A DNA stretch of 30,829 nucleotides, taken from positions 1 through 30,829 of IMG/VR virus record IMGVR_UViG_3300025421_000045. One strand, 5' to 3'. The notes under the pieces are model-generated. The model saw only the letters and a list, made by a program, of their open reading frames with translations. It made no database searches and was not told where the DNA came from. Position 1 is the stretch's first letter. Each line of letters opens with the position of its first letter. Both the position numbers and the translations under genes were made by a program. The DNA is from a virus. Its lineage: Duplodnaviria; Caudoviricetes. This document shows positions 6,497-17,037 of the stretch, piece after piece.

Positions 6497-8087
6497 TCTT
6501 GAAATATTAAAGAAACTCAAGTTTGATTTTCCATATTTTGCAAGGAATGCTTTGCAAGTAAAGGATAAGTCAGGCAAGCTTGTAGCATTTGATTTGAATC
6601 GTTCGCAAATGTTTGTGCATGAAAGATTAGAAGCACAAAGAAAAAGAACTGGTAAAGTAAGAGCCATTATTTTAAAGGCTCGTCAAGTAGGATGTTCAAC
6701 ATACATTCAAGGACGATTCTATCATAAAATTTGTTATGCTTCACAACAATCCTCTCCTCAAGCATTCATCATGACTCATGCTTCAGATTCTACTAATGCT
6801 CTATTCAGCATGACAAAGAATTTTGCAGAGTGTCATTCAGTTATTGGCAAACCAACAATTGATACAAGTAATGCTAAAGAATTAAAATTCATGGAGAATA
6901 AAGGTTCATACAAAATTGGAACCGCAGGAGCAAAAGAAGTTGGTAGAGGCATGAACAACCAATACTTGCATCTATCAGAAGTTGCATTCTGGGAAAATGG
7001 TGCAAGCCATGTTTCAGCATTGATGCAAACCGTTGGTGATGACCCCGGCACTGAAATCATTATTGAATCAACTGCAAATGGTATGGGTAATCTATTCTAT
7101 GATTTAACCATGTCGGCAATTGATAATAAGAACAACTTTGAAGTTATCTTTATGCCATGGTTCTGGTATGAAGGTTATGCAACAGTTCCTCCAAAAGGTT
7201 GGCATAATAATATTCCTCATGCTTGGCAAGATTATGGTGCACAATTTCAATTAAACTATGCTCAACTATACTGGGCATTTGAAAAGAATGCAATCATGGC
7301 CGCAAGTATTGGAGCATCATATGATGAACCATGCTGGACATTTAGACAAGAGTATCCATGCACATTGGCTGAAGCATTTGTTTCAAGTGGTAATAGTTAC
7401 ATTCCTCCACATTTGGTTGCAAAAGCAAGAAAACCTGAAGAGGAAGTTTTACCTAATGGTCCGCTCATTATTGGAGTAGACCCTAGTAGAAATAAAGATA
7501 AGACAGGCATTATTAGTAGACGCGGTAGAAGAATGGGTAAAGAGATTTGTATAAGACTTGACCCAGAAGGTTCTACAGAATATGTGTCACAATATGTTGC
7601 ACAACTTATAAGAGATTGGAATCCTAAGATGGTTAATATTGACGTAACCGGAGTGGGAGCAGGAGTATATGATAATCTATTAGCATGGGGCCATGGTCAT
7701 TGTATCAATGCAGTAAATTTTGCAACCAAAAGTTCTATCAGGAATCCGGATGGTTCTCCCAAGTATGCTAATAAGAGAGCCGAAATGTATGGTGAAATGC
7801 TTGAATGGTTCAATCAGGATATGCCTGTTCAAATACCTGATGATGATACATTGCAAGCAGATATTTGTGCACCAGAATGGGGAAATGGCAAGACATCCTT
7901 TACAACCAATGGTTCCTTACAATTGGAAAGCAAGGATAAGATACAAGAGAGATTAAAGCGTTCCCCAGACCTCGGAGACGCTGCTGCATTATGTTTTGCA
8001 GTTCCTATTGAAAGTATGATGAGTTTCAATAATTCACCGGTTGCAATCACTAGAGGCAAACCTAAGAACAGTATGACAGGATATTGA
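6480..8087 (+). CDS. terL: terminase large subunit
   Basis: Walker A ILKARQVGCST, Walker B LHLSEVAF, motif III IESTANG, nuclease IGVDPS and SPDLGDA. Confidence 0.97.
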   Translation: MNNPPNLEILKKLKFDFPYFARNALQVKDKSGKLVAFDLNRSQMFVHERLEAQRKRTGKVRAIILKARQVGCSTYIQGRFYHKICYASQQSSPQAFIMTHASDSTNALFSMTKNFAECHSVIGKPTIDTSNAKELKFMENKGSYKIGTAGAKEVGRGMNNQYLHLSEVAFWENGASHVSALMQTVGDDPGTEIIIESTANGMGNLFYDLTMSAIDNKNNFEVIFMPWFWYEGYATVPPKGWHNNIPHAWQDYGAQFQLNYAQLYWAFEKNAIMAASIGASYDEPCWTFRQEYPCTLAEAFVSSGNSYIPPHLVAKARKPEEEVLPNGPLIIGVDPSRNKDKTGIISRRGRRMGKEICIRLDPEGSTEYVSQYVAQLIRDWNPKMVNIDVTGVGAGVYDNLLAWGHGHCINAVNFATKSSIRNPDGSPKYANKRAEMYGEMLEWFNQDMPVQIPDDDTLQADICAPEWGNGKTSFTTNGSLQLESKDKIQERLKRSPDLGDAAALCFAVPIESMMSFNNSPVAITRGKPKNSMTGY

Positions 8088-8088
8088 T

Positions 8089-8328
8089 ATGAAAGAATCA
8101 AATGGATTCATTGTGGGATTGTTTGCTTTGAGCATGATACCGGATAATGAAAAGCAAGTATTTGAGCATATTTCAAAGTATTCCACCAAGGATATGAGGG
8201 AAGACTATGCTTATTACAAGTTAAATAAGACTGTCATCCCTGAGAATATGCTTCAACAATTTGAAGTATTTTTGAGTAATACAAAATCATTAATCAAGCA
8301 TTTGGAAGCCAATTATGACCAAGAATAA
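8089..8328 (+). CDS. hypothetical protein
   Basis: AGGA SD; between terL and portal; carries TTAAATA at 8221. Confidence 0.6.
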   Translation: MKESNGFIVGLFALSMIPDNEKQVFEHISKYSTKDMREDYAYYKLNKTVIPENMLQQFEVFLSNTKSLIKHLEANYDQE

Positions 8329-10579
8329 TAAAGAATTTGTTGTAGTAGATTCTCGTCCTACAGTAGGAGCATTGGCTTCCATCCCCGATACCCTTAATAA
8401 TGATTGGGACAAATGGACTGATAGAATGGGTGATTCAGAACATTCTCAAAAAGAATTACTTGAATCTGTAAAACAATTACATGAATATATTGATGCCAAG
8501 GGTGATATTACTCATCTTATTGAGGATTCTATACTTGATGATATTGGTATGAAGGCTGTCAGAGAATGGGAACAAGATAAGGGTTCTATTACAAAGTGGA
8601 GAACCATGGCAGCGGATGGTTTGAAACTTGCCTCGCAAGATACTGGCAAGGATACTAATGATTCTGAATCCAATTTTCCATTTGAAGGTTGTTCAGATGT
8701 TCATTTACCATTACTCATTCAGGCTGCTCAACATTTTAATGCAAGAGTATATCCAGAACTCGTAAGAGATGGTGATACTGTTCAGGTGAAGGTTTTTGAG
8801 AAACCTTCAAAGAGTCCTGACCCAATGGATTTGTTAAAATTGACTGAGCCTCCTCAAGACCCTGCTCAACAACAAATGTTTCAAGCATATATGCAGAATC
8901 AAATGCAAGTTATTCAGAAGCAAGAGCAGATGGAAGAATTGCAAGCACAGGCAAAGAATGCTCGTGGTAAAAGAGTTGCTGATTATTTGAATTGGTATTT
9001 GTTTTATAAAACTCAAGGTGAATGGGAAAGTGATACAGATTTATTGTTAAATCAAATTCCTATTACTGGAATTGCTTTCAAGAAGGTTTACATGAGTCCG
9101 GATGGATTGAGAAGTGAATATATTTCTCCAATGCATTTGACTGTTCATAAAGATACAAAGTCCATGAATACTTGTCCTCGTATTACTCAGGATTATACAA
9201 TGTATCCTTATGAAATACTTCAGGCACAATTGACTGATAGATTCCGTTATGTTGAATTACCTAATATGGGCAATGTCAATCAGGATGAAGAATCTCCAAG
9301 AGAGATTATTGAACAGTTTAGAATGATTGATTTGGACAATGATGGATTGTCTGAGCCGTATCTTGTTACGGTAGATACACAATCAAAGATTGTTTTAAGA
9401 ATTGAACCAACATTTACTAAAGAAGATATTATTGTCAACAATAAGTTGAATCGTATTGGTATGATTAAAAAATGGAATGCATTTGTTGCTTTTCAATTCA
9501 TGCCAGACCCTCAAGGTTCATTTTATGGAAGTGGTTATGCCAAATTATTGGCTCCAATGACTTCAAGTATTGATACAAGTATTAATCAATTGATTGATGC
9601 TGGAACCATGCAAGTGGCCGGTGGAGGCTTTATTGGTGGAGATGTTCGCTTCATGGGCACAGGACAGGCCGGTGCGTTGACACAGAGACCCGGTGAGTGG
9701 CTATTTGCTCAAACCACAGGTGGAACTTCATTAAAGGATGCAATCGTCCCTATGACCGTCCCTAATGCTTCTGAAGTTACTATGCAATTGACTCAAATGT
9801 TAATTGAAAGTGCAAAAGATATTACTGGTATCAAGGATGTCATGACAGGTGATACGGCTACGACGGCTCCTGTTGGGACAACTTTTGCTGTTCAACAACA
9901 GGCTTTGACACAATTTACTGCAATTTACAAGAGAGTATATCGTGGATTCAAGGAAGAATTCAAAATGATATATGATTGTTTACAAAAGTGGGCAACAGAT
10001 AGAGAGCGTCAAGAATACGCTGAATTGACTGGTGGAGACTTTGATGCAGACTTTGCAGATGATTCTACAAGCATTGCACCGGTTGCTGACCCAACTGCTG
10101 TAACAAGTATGCAAAAGACTGCAAGAATACAGGCTTTGACACAATTTGCAGAGAGTGCTGTTGGGCAAGCTGCGGGTATGACTCAGCCCGGTCCTGCTGC
10201 TGAATTGGCCAAAGAGGCTATGCAAGCATGGGATGTAGACCGTCCTGATAGATTCATTGCAGATATTCCGCCTAATCCTGCTGCACAGGCAGAAATGCAA
10301 GTTAAGGCTCAAGAAGTTCAGGCTCGTGCACAAGATTTACAAGCATCTGCTGCACTTAAAGTTGCTAAGATAAATGAAGTTAAGGCTGGTGTTATTCTTG
10401 ACCAAGCAAAGGCTCAAAGAGAGATTGGATTAAGTGCTGTGGACAGTATTGCTTTGCATCGTGAGGCGGACCATATCAGACATTCTCCTTTAGAGAAATC
10501 ATTAAATCAGGCTGAGATGATGGACAATAATGACCCATCATTGAATGAAGCTGCTAATCCTCAAGGTCTTGGTCAATAA
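8315..10579 (+). CDS. portal protein (podovirus type, long C-terminal helical region)
   Basis: position and 754-aa size; PFEGCSDVHLPLL, GSFYGSG, INQLIDAGT and APVGTT motifs; Q/A-rich tail. Confidence 0.9.
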   Translation: MTKNNKEFVVVDSRPTVGALASIPDTLNNDWDKWTDRMGDSEHSQKELLESVKQLHEYIDAKGDITHLIEDSILDDIGMKAVREWEQDKGSITKWRTMAADGLKLASQDTGKDTNDSESNFPFEGCSDVHLPLLIQAAQHFNARVYPELVRDGDTVQVKVFEKPSKSPDPMDLLKLTEPPQDPAQQQMFQAYMQNQMQVIQKQEQMEELQAQAKNARGKRVADYLNWYLFYKTQGEWESDTDLLLNQIPITGIAFKKVYMSPDGLRSEYISPMHLTVHKDTKSMNTCPRITQDYTMYPYEILQAQLTDRFRYVELPNMGNVNQDEESPREIIEQFRMIDLDNDGLSEPYLVTVDTQSKIVLRIEPTFTKEDIIVNNKLNRIGMIKKWNAFVAFQFMPDPQGSFYGSGYAKLLAPMTSSIDTSINQLIDAGTMQVAGGGFIGGDVRFMGTGQAGALTQRPGEWLFAQTTGGTSLKDAIVPMTVPNASEVTMQLTQMLIESAKDITGIKDVMTGDTATTAPVGTTFAVQQQALTQFTAIYKRVYRGFKEEFKMIYDCLQKWATDRERQEYAELTGGDFDADFADDSTSIAPVADPTAVTSMQKTARIQALTQFAESAVGQAAGMTQPGPAAELAKEAMQAWDVDRPDRFIADIPPNPAAQAEMQVKAQEVQARAQDLQASAALKVAKINEVKAGVILDQAKAQREIGLSAVDSIALHREADHIRHSPLEKSLNQAEMMDNNDPSLNEAANPQGLGQ

Positions 10580-10890
10580 TGACAGAGGCTGAAGAGTATA
10601 AAGAGGCATTACCACTAACCTCTATAAAAGGTGAAGTTCCAATTCCAAGTGATGAGGACTTTGCATCGTGGACTCGCAATCCTGTTACAATCTTTGTTGC
10701 GGCTTATTATAAGATGATGGCTGATGAACAGAGAAAAGAATGGGATAATTATTCATGGAATAGTAGCAAGGCTATTGACCATGAACTCTTATACAGAATA
10801 CTTCAAGAGTTAAGAATTCGCGAAGAGATGTATAGGTTATTTTTACAAACAAAAAAGGAAACCTATGAGCACAAACTCAAAAGTAGATAA
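10579..10890 (+). CDS. hypothetical head-module protein
   Basis: TAATG coupling to portal; F..W..NPVT pattern. Confidence 0.75.
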   Translation: MTEAEEYKEALPLTSIKGEVPIPSDEDFASWTRNPVTIFVAAYYKMMADEQRKEWDNYSWNSSKAIDHELLYRILQELRIREEMYRLFLQTKKETYEHKLKSR

Positions 10891-11293
10891 TTATGGACAT
10901 ATTGACGAAGTAGCTTTGTCACAAGTCCCATCATTAGAAGAATGTTATGTGACTTTGAAACCCCAAGAATTTAAAATCATCATTGCACCTGCGGTTGCAC
11001 CAAAAGAATCCAAAGGCGGAATTCTATTGGCAGATTCAACTAAAGAATCAATGGGAGACCGTTATCAAATTGGACGGTTGGTTGCAAAGGCTCCATTAGC
11101 ATTTGAAAGTATTTGCATTGAGGGTCAAGAACCCAAGATTGGAGATATTGTAAGATTTGCACGTTATGCTGGTGGAGAGCATATTGATATTGATGGTAGA
11201 ACTTATCGCATCATGTTGGATAAGGATATTATTGGTGTTTATGATATGGAAAAAATTGCAGCATTTAACAAGCGCGACGGAGGGTTACATTAA
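10865..11293 (+). CDS. groES: co-chaperonin GroES/Cpn10
   Basis: LKP...KESKGGILL mobile loop; KIGDIVRFARYAG and YRIMLDKDIIGV. Confidence 0.92.
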   Translation: MSTNSKVDNYGHIDEVALSQVPSLEECYVTLKPQEFKIIIAPAVAPKESKGGILLADSTKESMGDRYQIGRLVAKAPLAFESICIEGQEPKIGDIVRFARYAGGEHIDIDGRTYRIMLDKDIIGVYDMEKIAAFNKRDGGLH

Positions 11294-12150
11294 TGGCTCG
11301 TTCACAAGCAACAAAAGATGCTGAAGAGGCAATGCGTCAGAAGTATCTTGCGAAGATTACTTTGGAAGACAATTCTTCAACTGATATAAATACGAATAAC
11401 GATTCTCACAAGGATGAGAATGAAGATTATTATTCCGAGGAGAATGATAATTCAGACCCTGTTAGTAAAGTTGCAAAACAACTTGGCTGGGTTCCGAAAA
11501 ATGAATGGTCTCGCGATGAACAGGCTTGGGAGCCAGCGGACAAGTTTCTAGAAAAAATCCCTACTCGCATCAAATCTTTGGAAGAGCAATCTGAAAAAAT
11601 GGCACAAGCTGCGGCTGAAGCCATGGAAGAGGCTCATAAGCGAGCCAGAATGGAAGCAGAGGCAGAAATGCTTGCTGCTATTGAATCTGGTAACAAAGAA
11701 TTGGCGAAACTTGCTGCAAGTAAAATGACCCGTTCAGATGATGCGGTTCAAGTTATGAAGTGGCAACAATCAAATCCTTGGTTTACTTCAAAAGAACCAA
11801 AATATTTGGCTGCAATAGGTTACGCGAAAGAAATTTCCAACCTTGAAGCAGCGAAGGGGATGCCAACACATATTCAATTAGAGCGTGCAGAACAAGCTGT
11901 AAAGAAGCAATTTCCTCATTTATTCAAGAGAATAGTTGCAGAACCTACAAGTGCTCCTCCGGTTGTTCAAGGTGGCAATAGAAATAGTGCACCGAATCCT
12001 AAACCAGTTACAGCATGGGCTTCTTTGAAGCCTATTGAAAAGCAAAACTTGACTAACTTGGCCAATAAGTTCGCGAAGAAGTATAAAATGCCTCTCGCTG
12101 AAGCACAAGAAATGTTGGCAAAAAGTTATCAGAAACCAAAGGGACTATAA
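11293..12150 (+). CDS. capsid scaffolding protein
   Basis: acidic N-terminus, GWVPK.EW motif, coiled coil, W...NPWF motif; position before the capsid genes. Confidence 0.7.
   Translation: MARSQATKDAEEAMRQKYLAKITLEDNSSTDINTNNDSHKDENEDYYSEENDNSDPVSKVAKQLGWVPKNEWSRDEQAWEPADKFLEKIPTRIKSLEEQSEKMAQAAAEAMEEAHKRARMEAEAEMLAAIESGNKELAKLAASKMTRSDDAVQVMKWQQSNPWFTSKEPKYLAAIGYAKEISNLEAAKGMPTHIQLERAEQAVKKQFPHLFKRIVAEPTSAPPVVQGGNRNSAPNPKPVTAWASLKPIEKQNLTNLANKFAKKYKMPLAEAQEMLAKSYQKPKGL
11385..11392 (+). promoter_or_regulatory. perfect T4 late promoter octamer inside the scaffold gene
   Basis: TATAAATA; the only such motif seen between portal and major capsid. Confidence 0.5.
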
Positions 12151-12153
12151 AAA

Positions 12154-12699
12154 ATGACGACAAAATTAGATGCCGTTAAGGCAAGAACCGCAGAATTGAT
12201 GGCTCTACGTAAAAATAGAGACCCGCATTCGCTAGACCATTTTGGAACAAAGCGTTTGGACAAATATTCGGCTGACCAACTTGATACAGAAAATTATGTT
12301 TACTGTTATCAGAATGATGAGAAGAATAATATTCCAAAAGCCTTGGAACGTGGATATGAATTCGTAGAAACTTCTGAAATTCATAATTACAAGACTTACG
12401 ATAATAATGGAGAGAGTTCTTCAAGAGTTCGTGAATATTGTGGTAAAGATGAAGAAAATCAGAAGCAATACACATACTTGATGAAAATTCCTAAAGCCGT
12501 TTGGGACTATGACCAAGCAGTTCAAGTAAAAGAACGTTCAGATAGAATGAAAGGAATTCTAACGAATGTAGACCCATCTAGTCTACCTAACGTTGATTCA
12601 TCATCGGTTGGTGATGGAAAAGGCGTTTATTCAGTAGAGGGTAATCAGGCTACTAAAACTGAACCCCTCGCAACCCAAACCGTTAAAAGGAGCCGATAA
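12154..12699 (+). CDS. hypothetical head-module protein
   Basis: YCYQND...RGYEFV...YLMKIP pattern; between scaffold and capsid genes. Confidence 0.8.
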   Translation: MTTKLDAVKARTAELMALRKNRDPHSLDHFGTKRLDKYSADQLDTENYVYCYQNDEKNNIPKALERGYEFVETSEIHNYKTYDNNGESSSRVREYCGKDEENQKQYTYLMKIPKAVWDYDQAVQVKERSDRMKGILTNVDPSSLPNVDSSSVGDGKGVYSVEGNQATKTEPLATQTVKRSR

Positions 12700-12701
12700 A
12701 A

Positions 12702-13316
12702 ATGGCAAATCAAAATACATTGGGCGGGTTGAATCCAATTCAGATGAACGGTGAATCAGTTTTCCGTGCAAGTTTGGTTCGATTCTATATCCCCGCTTCA
12801 GATACTAACGCATATTATGTTGGAGACCCAGTTGTTCGCACAACCAACGTATCCGGTCAAGGCGTTCAAGGCGTCACTCTAGCAACCGGTGCAGCCGTCA
12901 CAGGAGCCGTTGTTGGCTTCGTTGGTGCTACTGCTGCAAACTCGGCTGTGACCCCAACTCTTCGTGGCTTGCCAGTCGGACCAGTTTTCCGTCCTGCTTC
13001 CACAACTCAAGATTGGTATGTTCTTGTGTCTTCAGACCCACAGACTCAATATTCAATCCAAGTTTCTAATACAGACGTTCTTCCGGCTTCGGCTATTGGC
13101 AAGTCTGCAACTTTGGTTGCTGCTACTGCTGGTAACCCAATCACTGGTTCTGCTTTCACTTTGAATGCAAACTCGGTTGCTTCTGGTTCGCAACAAACAG
13201 TCACTATCACAGCATTAGACCCTTACGCTGTTAATAATGACCCAACTCAACCATACGCAAAGTATCTTGTCAAGTTGAATACTTCAACTGAGACATCTGC
13301 TTATGTTGGCATTTAA
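12702..13316 (+). CDS. capsid decoration / minor head protein
   Basis: AAGGAG SD; beta-rich A/T/V composition; YYVGDPV and V..DP...Y.IQ motifs; directly upstream of the major capsid gene. Confidence 0.65.
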   Translation: MANQNTLGGLNPIQMNGESVFRASLVRFYIPASDTNAYYVGDPVVRTTNVSGQGVQGVTLATGAAVTGAVVGFVGATAANSAVTPTLRGLPVGPVFRPASTTQDWYVLVSSDPQTQYSIQVSNTDVLPASAIGKSATLVAATAGNPITGSAFTLNANSVASGSQQTVTITALDPYAVNNDPTQPYAKYLVKLNTSTETSAYVGI

Positions 13317-13335
13317 TAGAAAAGGATAATAACAA

Positions 13336-14256
13336 ATGGCTGCTGTAATTACACGCGCAAATCATCCTGATTTCTTGTATCCGGGTATTCTTACATCTTG
13401 GGGTTTGTCATATGACAAGTTTCCAGATATCTATACTCAAATCTTTGAAACAGTAGATGGTTCACTTCAAACTGAATACCTTGTCGCATCGTCTGGCTTC
13501 GGCTTGGCTCGCGTTAAAACTGAATCTAGCCCAGTTACTTACGACTCTGACGCGGAAGACTATGTAACAAAGGTGACTCCTTCAGTAATCGGTCTTGGTT
13601 TCCAAGTAACTCAAGAAGAACTTGAAGATAATCTTTATGAAGAAATTGCAATGTCTCGTGCCGATTCTTTGGCATTCTCAATGCATACTACCATTGAAAT
13701 TGAACATGCTAATCTTTTCTTGAATGGTTTCTCCAACACAGTTCTTTATGGTGATAATCAACCTTTGTTCAGTGCATCGCACCCAACAAAGTCGGGTCTT
13801 CAGTCAAACGTTCCTTTGGTTTATTCAAACCTTTCGGAAGCATCTTTGGAAGATGGTTTGATTTCCATCTATCAAACAAAGAACTCACGCGGATTGAACA
13901 TTTCTTTGCAAGCAAAGAAGTTGATTGTTTCTTCTGCTAACGTTTTCAATGCTAACCGTATCTTGGCTTCACAGCTTCGCACTGGTTCTGCAAACAACGA
14001 TATCAACTCAATCAAAAATTTGAACCTTCTTCCTGAAGGTGCATTGGTCAACCCTTATTTCGGTATGGGTTCCGCTGCTTGGTATATCCAAACAAATATC
14101 CCAGAAGACAAGGGCTTCTTGTCCATCTGGCGTCGTGAGCCTACTTTGGAGCGCGATAATGAGTTTGATACTCAAAACATGAAGTGCCGTTCAACTGCCC
14201 GTTTCGCACCTACCGTTGCTGACTGGCGTGCCGGTTGGGGTAATGCTGGTTCGTAA
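13336..14256 (+). CDS. major capsid protein (HK97 fold, Mu gpT-like family)
   Basis: LYPGI...WG, GDNQPLFSASHP, LSEASLE, EFDTQN.K.....RF....DWR motifs. Confidence 0.9.
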   Translation: MAAVITRANHPDFLYPGILTSWGLSYDKFPDIYTQIFETVDGSLQTEYLVASSGFGLARVKTESSPVTYDSDAEDYVTKVTPSVIGLGFQVTQEELEDNLYEEIAMSRADSLAFSMHTTIEIEHANLFLNGFSNTVLYGDNQPLFSASHPTKSGLQSNVPLVYSNLSEASLEDGLISIYQTKNSRGLNISLQAKKLIVSSANVFNANRILASQLRTGSANNDINSIKNLNLLPEGALVNPYFGMGSAAWYIQTNIPEDKGFLSIWRREPTLERDNEFDTQNMKCRSTARFAPTVADWRAGWGNAGS

Positions 14257-14272
14257 GAATCTGCTTTATTTC

Positions 14273-14279
14273 ATAAATA
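14273..14279 (+). promoter_or_regulatory. T4-late-like promoter core
   Basis: intergenic ATAAATA 26 nt before ATG 14306; AGGAGG SD. Confidence 0.65.
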
Positions 14280-14305
14280 TACTTGTAGAATAGGAGGGAT
14301 TTATA

Positions 14306-14749
14306 ATGGCTTACAATATGAATCCCTCCTTTTTCTCTGACACTTATCAGTCTGGGGATGCTTATTTTTGTTGTGATATTTGTGCCGGAACATTCCGTAG
14401 AAGCAAAATGCTCACAACTTGGAATAATCTTCGTGTAGATAGAAAATGCTACGACCCAAGACCTCCTCAAATGTTACCTCTAAATCTTCCACCAGAAGGT
14501 GTTCCATTCCCTGATGCAAGACCGCAACAGGATAATGGAGACCGTTTGCAAGATATTACATATCTGGATGGTAAGATTGGAACTATAGGTTTGAATCCAA
14601 ATAACCAAAGTGAGAATGGGCAAACCATTCCTCCGGGGGGTTTATCTCCTCGTAATATTTTACAATCTCCTCAAGAGTATGGGGCCAATATCTTGGAAGA
14701 TGACATCACATTTATTACGGGTGTTGTTCCTGCTCCAAATAATAATTAA
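14306..14749 (+). CDS. hypothetical protein with Cys motif
   Basis: CDIC...WNNLRVD.KCYDP.PPQ pattern; strong SD. Confidence 0.8.
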   Translation: MAYNMNPSFFSDTYQSGDAYFCCDICAGTFRRSKMLTTWNNLRVDRKCYDPRPPQMLPLNLPPEGVPFPDARPQQDNGDRLQDITYLDGKIGTIGLNPNNQSENGQTIPPGGLSPRNILQSPQEYGANILEDDITFITGVVPAPNNN

Positions 14750-14757
14750 GGAATATT

Positions 14758-15225
14758 ATGGGAATTTTTACAAGTTACACACCCACCACATATCTTCTTC
14801 CAACTGATACTTTCATAATTGAGAGAATTGCAAATGGTGGTCAAACATATTCCATTCAAGCACAATACATGAATTTTGGGAATGCCGTGGTCAGCAATAC
14901 ATATGATATTGCAATGGGCTTCACCGGTTTGCTTCCCTCTTCTCAAACACTTTTTGTATTCAATACCGCAACATCATTTTCTCTGCCATCGGGTCTTCCG
15001 GGTTCTCATTTTACCCTTCAAAATGCTCCGAATGCAGATATTACTCTAACTTTGAATAAAAATAATACCAACGTTGGCTTTATTGTTTTTGCAAATGGTT
15101 CTGTAACGGGTTCTCCGACTTTCCCCTCCACGATTTCTTATACATCCGGAGATGAGTTGAAAGTCATAACCAATACAGTTTCCAATGCTCAAACCGTGGC
15201 CCTAACATTTAAGGGAGCGAAATAA
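14758..15225 (+). CDS. putative virion beta-sandwich protein
   Basis: AAGGA SD; T/S/G/N-rich beta composition. Confidence 0.7.
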   Translation: MGIFTSYTPTTYLLPTDTFIIERIANGGQTYSIQAQYMNFGNAVVSNTYDIAMGFTGLLPSSQTLFVFNTATSFSLPSGLPGSHFTLQNAPNADITLTLNKNNTNVGFIVFANGSVTGSPTFPSTISYTSGDELKVITNTVSNAQTVALTFKGAK

Positions 15226-16241
15226 TGTCTACTCTATTCATTGATGGATTTGATTGTTATCCCAACGTTTCTGACAGTTCAAATGGTCTACAAGCCTATT
15301 GGTCTGTTTACAACGGTTATGGCAATTTGCAAATTGCAAGCCCCGGAAGATTTGGAGGGCAATGTGTCACAGCAAATGGTTATGTGAACGGAAATAACGG
15401 ATATTTTCAAAAGGGTGTTGCTGCAACTTCAACATACACCATTGGATTTGCCACTCGTATGAATCAATTCATTACGGGAACAGTTGATTATTCCTTCCAA
15501 TTTTCTTCTGCCAATATTGGCGTGGGAATGAATTCCAATCAACAATATTACATATATTCTGGAAGCACAACTTTAGCAACCGCTCCAAACTTTATTTCAG
15601 TGGGTTCTTGGCATTATCTTGAACTTGAAGTCAGCATTGGCTCGTCAGGATATGCAAATCTTTATGTTGATGGATTATTGCAAGCATCATTCACAGGTAA
15701 CACAGGTTCGGGAACCATTACAAGCATTGGACTTGGATTGTTTGGGGCACAAGATACCAGTCACTCAACAAACCATTCTTTTGATGATGTTTATGTGTCA
15801 AACGTTGCCACGAGATATGGAGAAAGACGTGTTCAAACTCAAGTTGTGACTTCAGATGTTGCGGTCCAATTTACCCCCTCAACAGGTTCAACAAATTATA
15901 ATTTGATTGACACTTTACCGGTCCCTGCTTCTCCAACTGCAAATGTTTTTGCAAGTGTAGCAGGATATCAGGATTTGTATACCGTTGCTCCTTTGGCAAA
16001 TAGTCCTTCAACAGTTTCTTGTGTTCAAATTCGTGTTTGCGCGGCTAAAGATAATTCGGCCACCAAAACTATTGCTCCTGTCATGAAATCGGGTTCTACC
16101 ACAACAGTTGGAACAACATATGCTGTGACAAACAGTTATTTGTATTACACAAATATCTATGACCAGAACCCGGCAACATCTTCCGCGTGGACCAAAGATA
16201 CCGTAAATGCTTTGGAGATTGGTCAAAAGGTTATTAGCTAA
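15225..16241 (+). CDS. ConA/LamG-like virion protein
   Basis: LFIDGFD, GSWHYLELEV, LYVDG and FDDVYV motifs. Confidence 0.7.
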   Translation: MSTLFIDGFDCYPNVSDSSNGLQAYWSVYNGYGNLQIASPGRFGGQCVTANGYVNGNNGYFQKGVAATSTYTIGFATRMNQFITGTVDYSFQFSSANIGVGMNSNQQYYIYSGSTTLATAPNFISVGSWHYLELEVSIGSSGYANLYVDGLLQASFTGNTGSGTITSIGLGLFGAQDTSHSTNHSFDDVYVSNVATRYGERRVQTQVVTSDVAVQFTPSTGSTNYNLIDTLPVPASPTANVFASVAGYQDLYTVAPLANSPSTVSCVQIRVCAAKDNSATKTIAPVMKSGSTTTVGTTYAVTNSYLYYTNIYDQNPATSSAWTKDTVNALEIGQKVIS

Positions 16242-16870
16242 TGGCTCATACATATTGGCGAATTCTTAGTGTAACCGATAGTGGAGGTTTGGCTTTAGGT
16301 CAAATCAGCATGGCGAATGCTATTGGCGGAGCCAATCAGTGCACAGGCGGAACTGCATCTGCTAATTCCACGTATGGGGGATATGTTGCTGCAAATTGTT
16401 TTACAGGAAATCCAAGTGACTTTTGGTCATCAAATGGAGATTCTTTAAATGTTTGGATTCAATATCAATTCCCTTCTCCGGTAGATGTTATTGAATTAGT
16501 CATTTTTCCTCGTCCGGATTATTTGGCAAATACTCAAGGTTTGAGATTATTTGATTTACAATATTCAGATGATGGAACAAATTTTACAACTGTGGCCAAC
16601 TGGTATCCGGCGACTTGGAATGCGGGGGTTAGTCAAACATTTGATGTTTCTCCAATAGCCAATATTGTTGTTGATTCGGCAATGGTTGAAAGTTTGACAA
16701 ATTTGGGTCCGAGTCCCGATGCAGTTGTTTCGGCCACATTTATTGAGGCTTTGACAGCATTGACAAGTGTGGGCAATGCAAGAGTTGCGTGCAATGTTAT
16801 TGAAGTTTTGACTCCGATATATAGTCCTACTCCACAACCAACAGGAGGTTGGGTATGCGTGATACAATAA
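16241..16870 (+). CDS. discoidin (F5/8 type C) domain virion protein
   Basis: HTYWRI, ASANS...AANCF...FWSS, WIQYQF, LQYSDDG.NF.TV. Confidence 0.75.
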   Translation: MAHTYWRILSVTDSGGLALGQISMANAIGGANQCTGGTASANSTYGGYVAANCFTGNPSDFWSSNGDSLNVWIQYQFPSPVDVIELVIFPRPDYLANTQGLRLFDLQYSDDGTNFTTVANWYPATWNAGVSQTFDVSPIANIVVDSAMVESLTNLGPSPDAVVSATFIEALTALTSVGNARVACNVIEVLTPIYSPTPQPTGGWVCVIQ

Positions 16871-17037
16871 ATGCGCTTATTGATAAATTACATAAGAGAG
16901 AAGAGGTTTGTTGGAGCACAGCAAATTTCTTTATTGAGAATAAAGATGCCCACGGTATACACGATATGGGCGTAGAAATTCAAGCATTACAAAGAGCTAT
17001 TGCGACTTTAGAGGAATTACTTAAAAAATGTCAATGA
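16855..17037 (+). CDS. hypothetical protein (60 aa)
   Basis: AGGAGG SD 6 nt before ATG 16855. Confidence 0.7.
   Translation: MRDTINALIDKLHKREEVCWSTANFFIENKDAHGIHDMGVEIQALQRAIATLEELLKKCQ

Noticed and set aside
14257-14305. Terminator after the major capsid gene
   Set aside because: No GC-rich stem; the gap contains a late promoter motif instead
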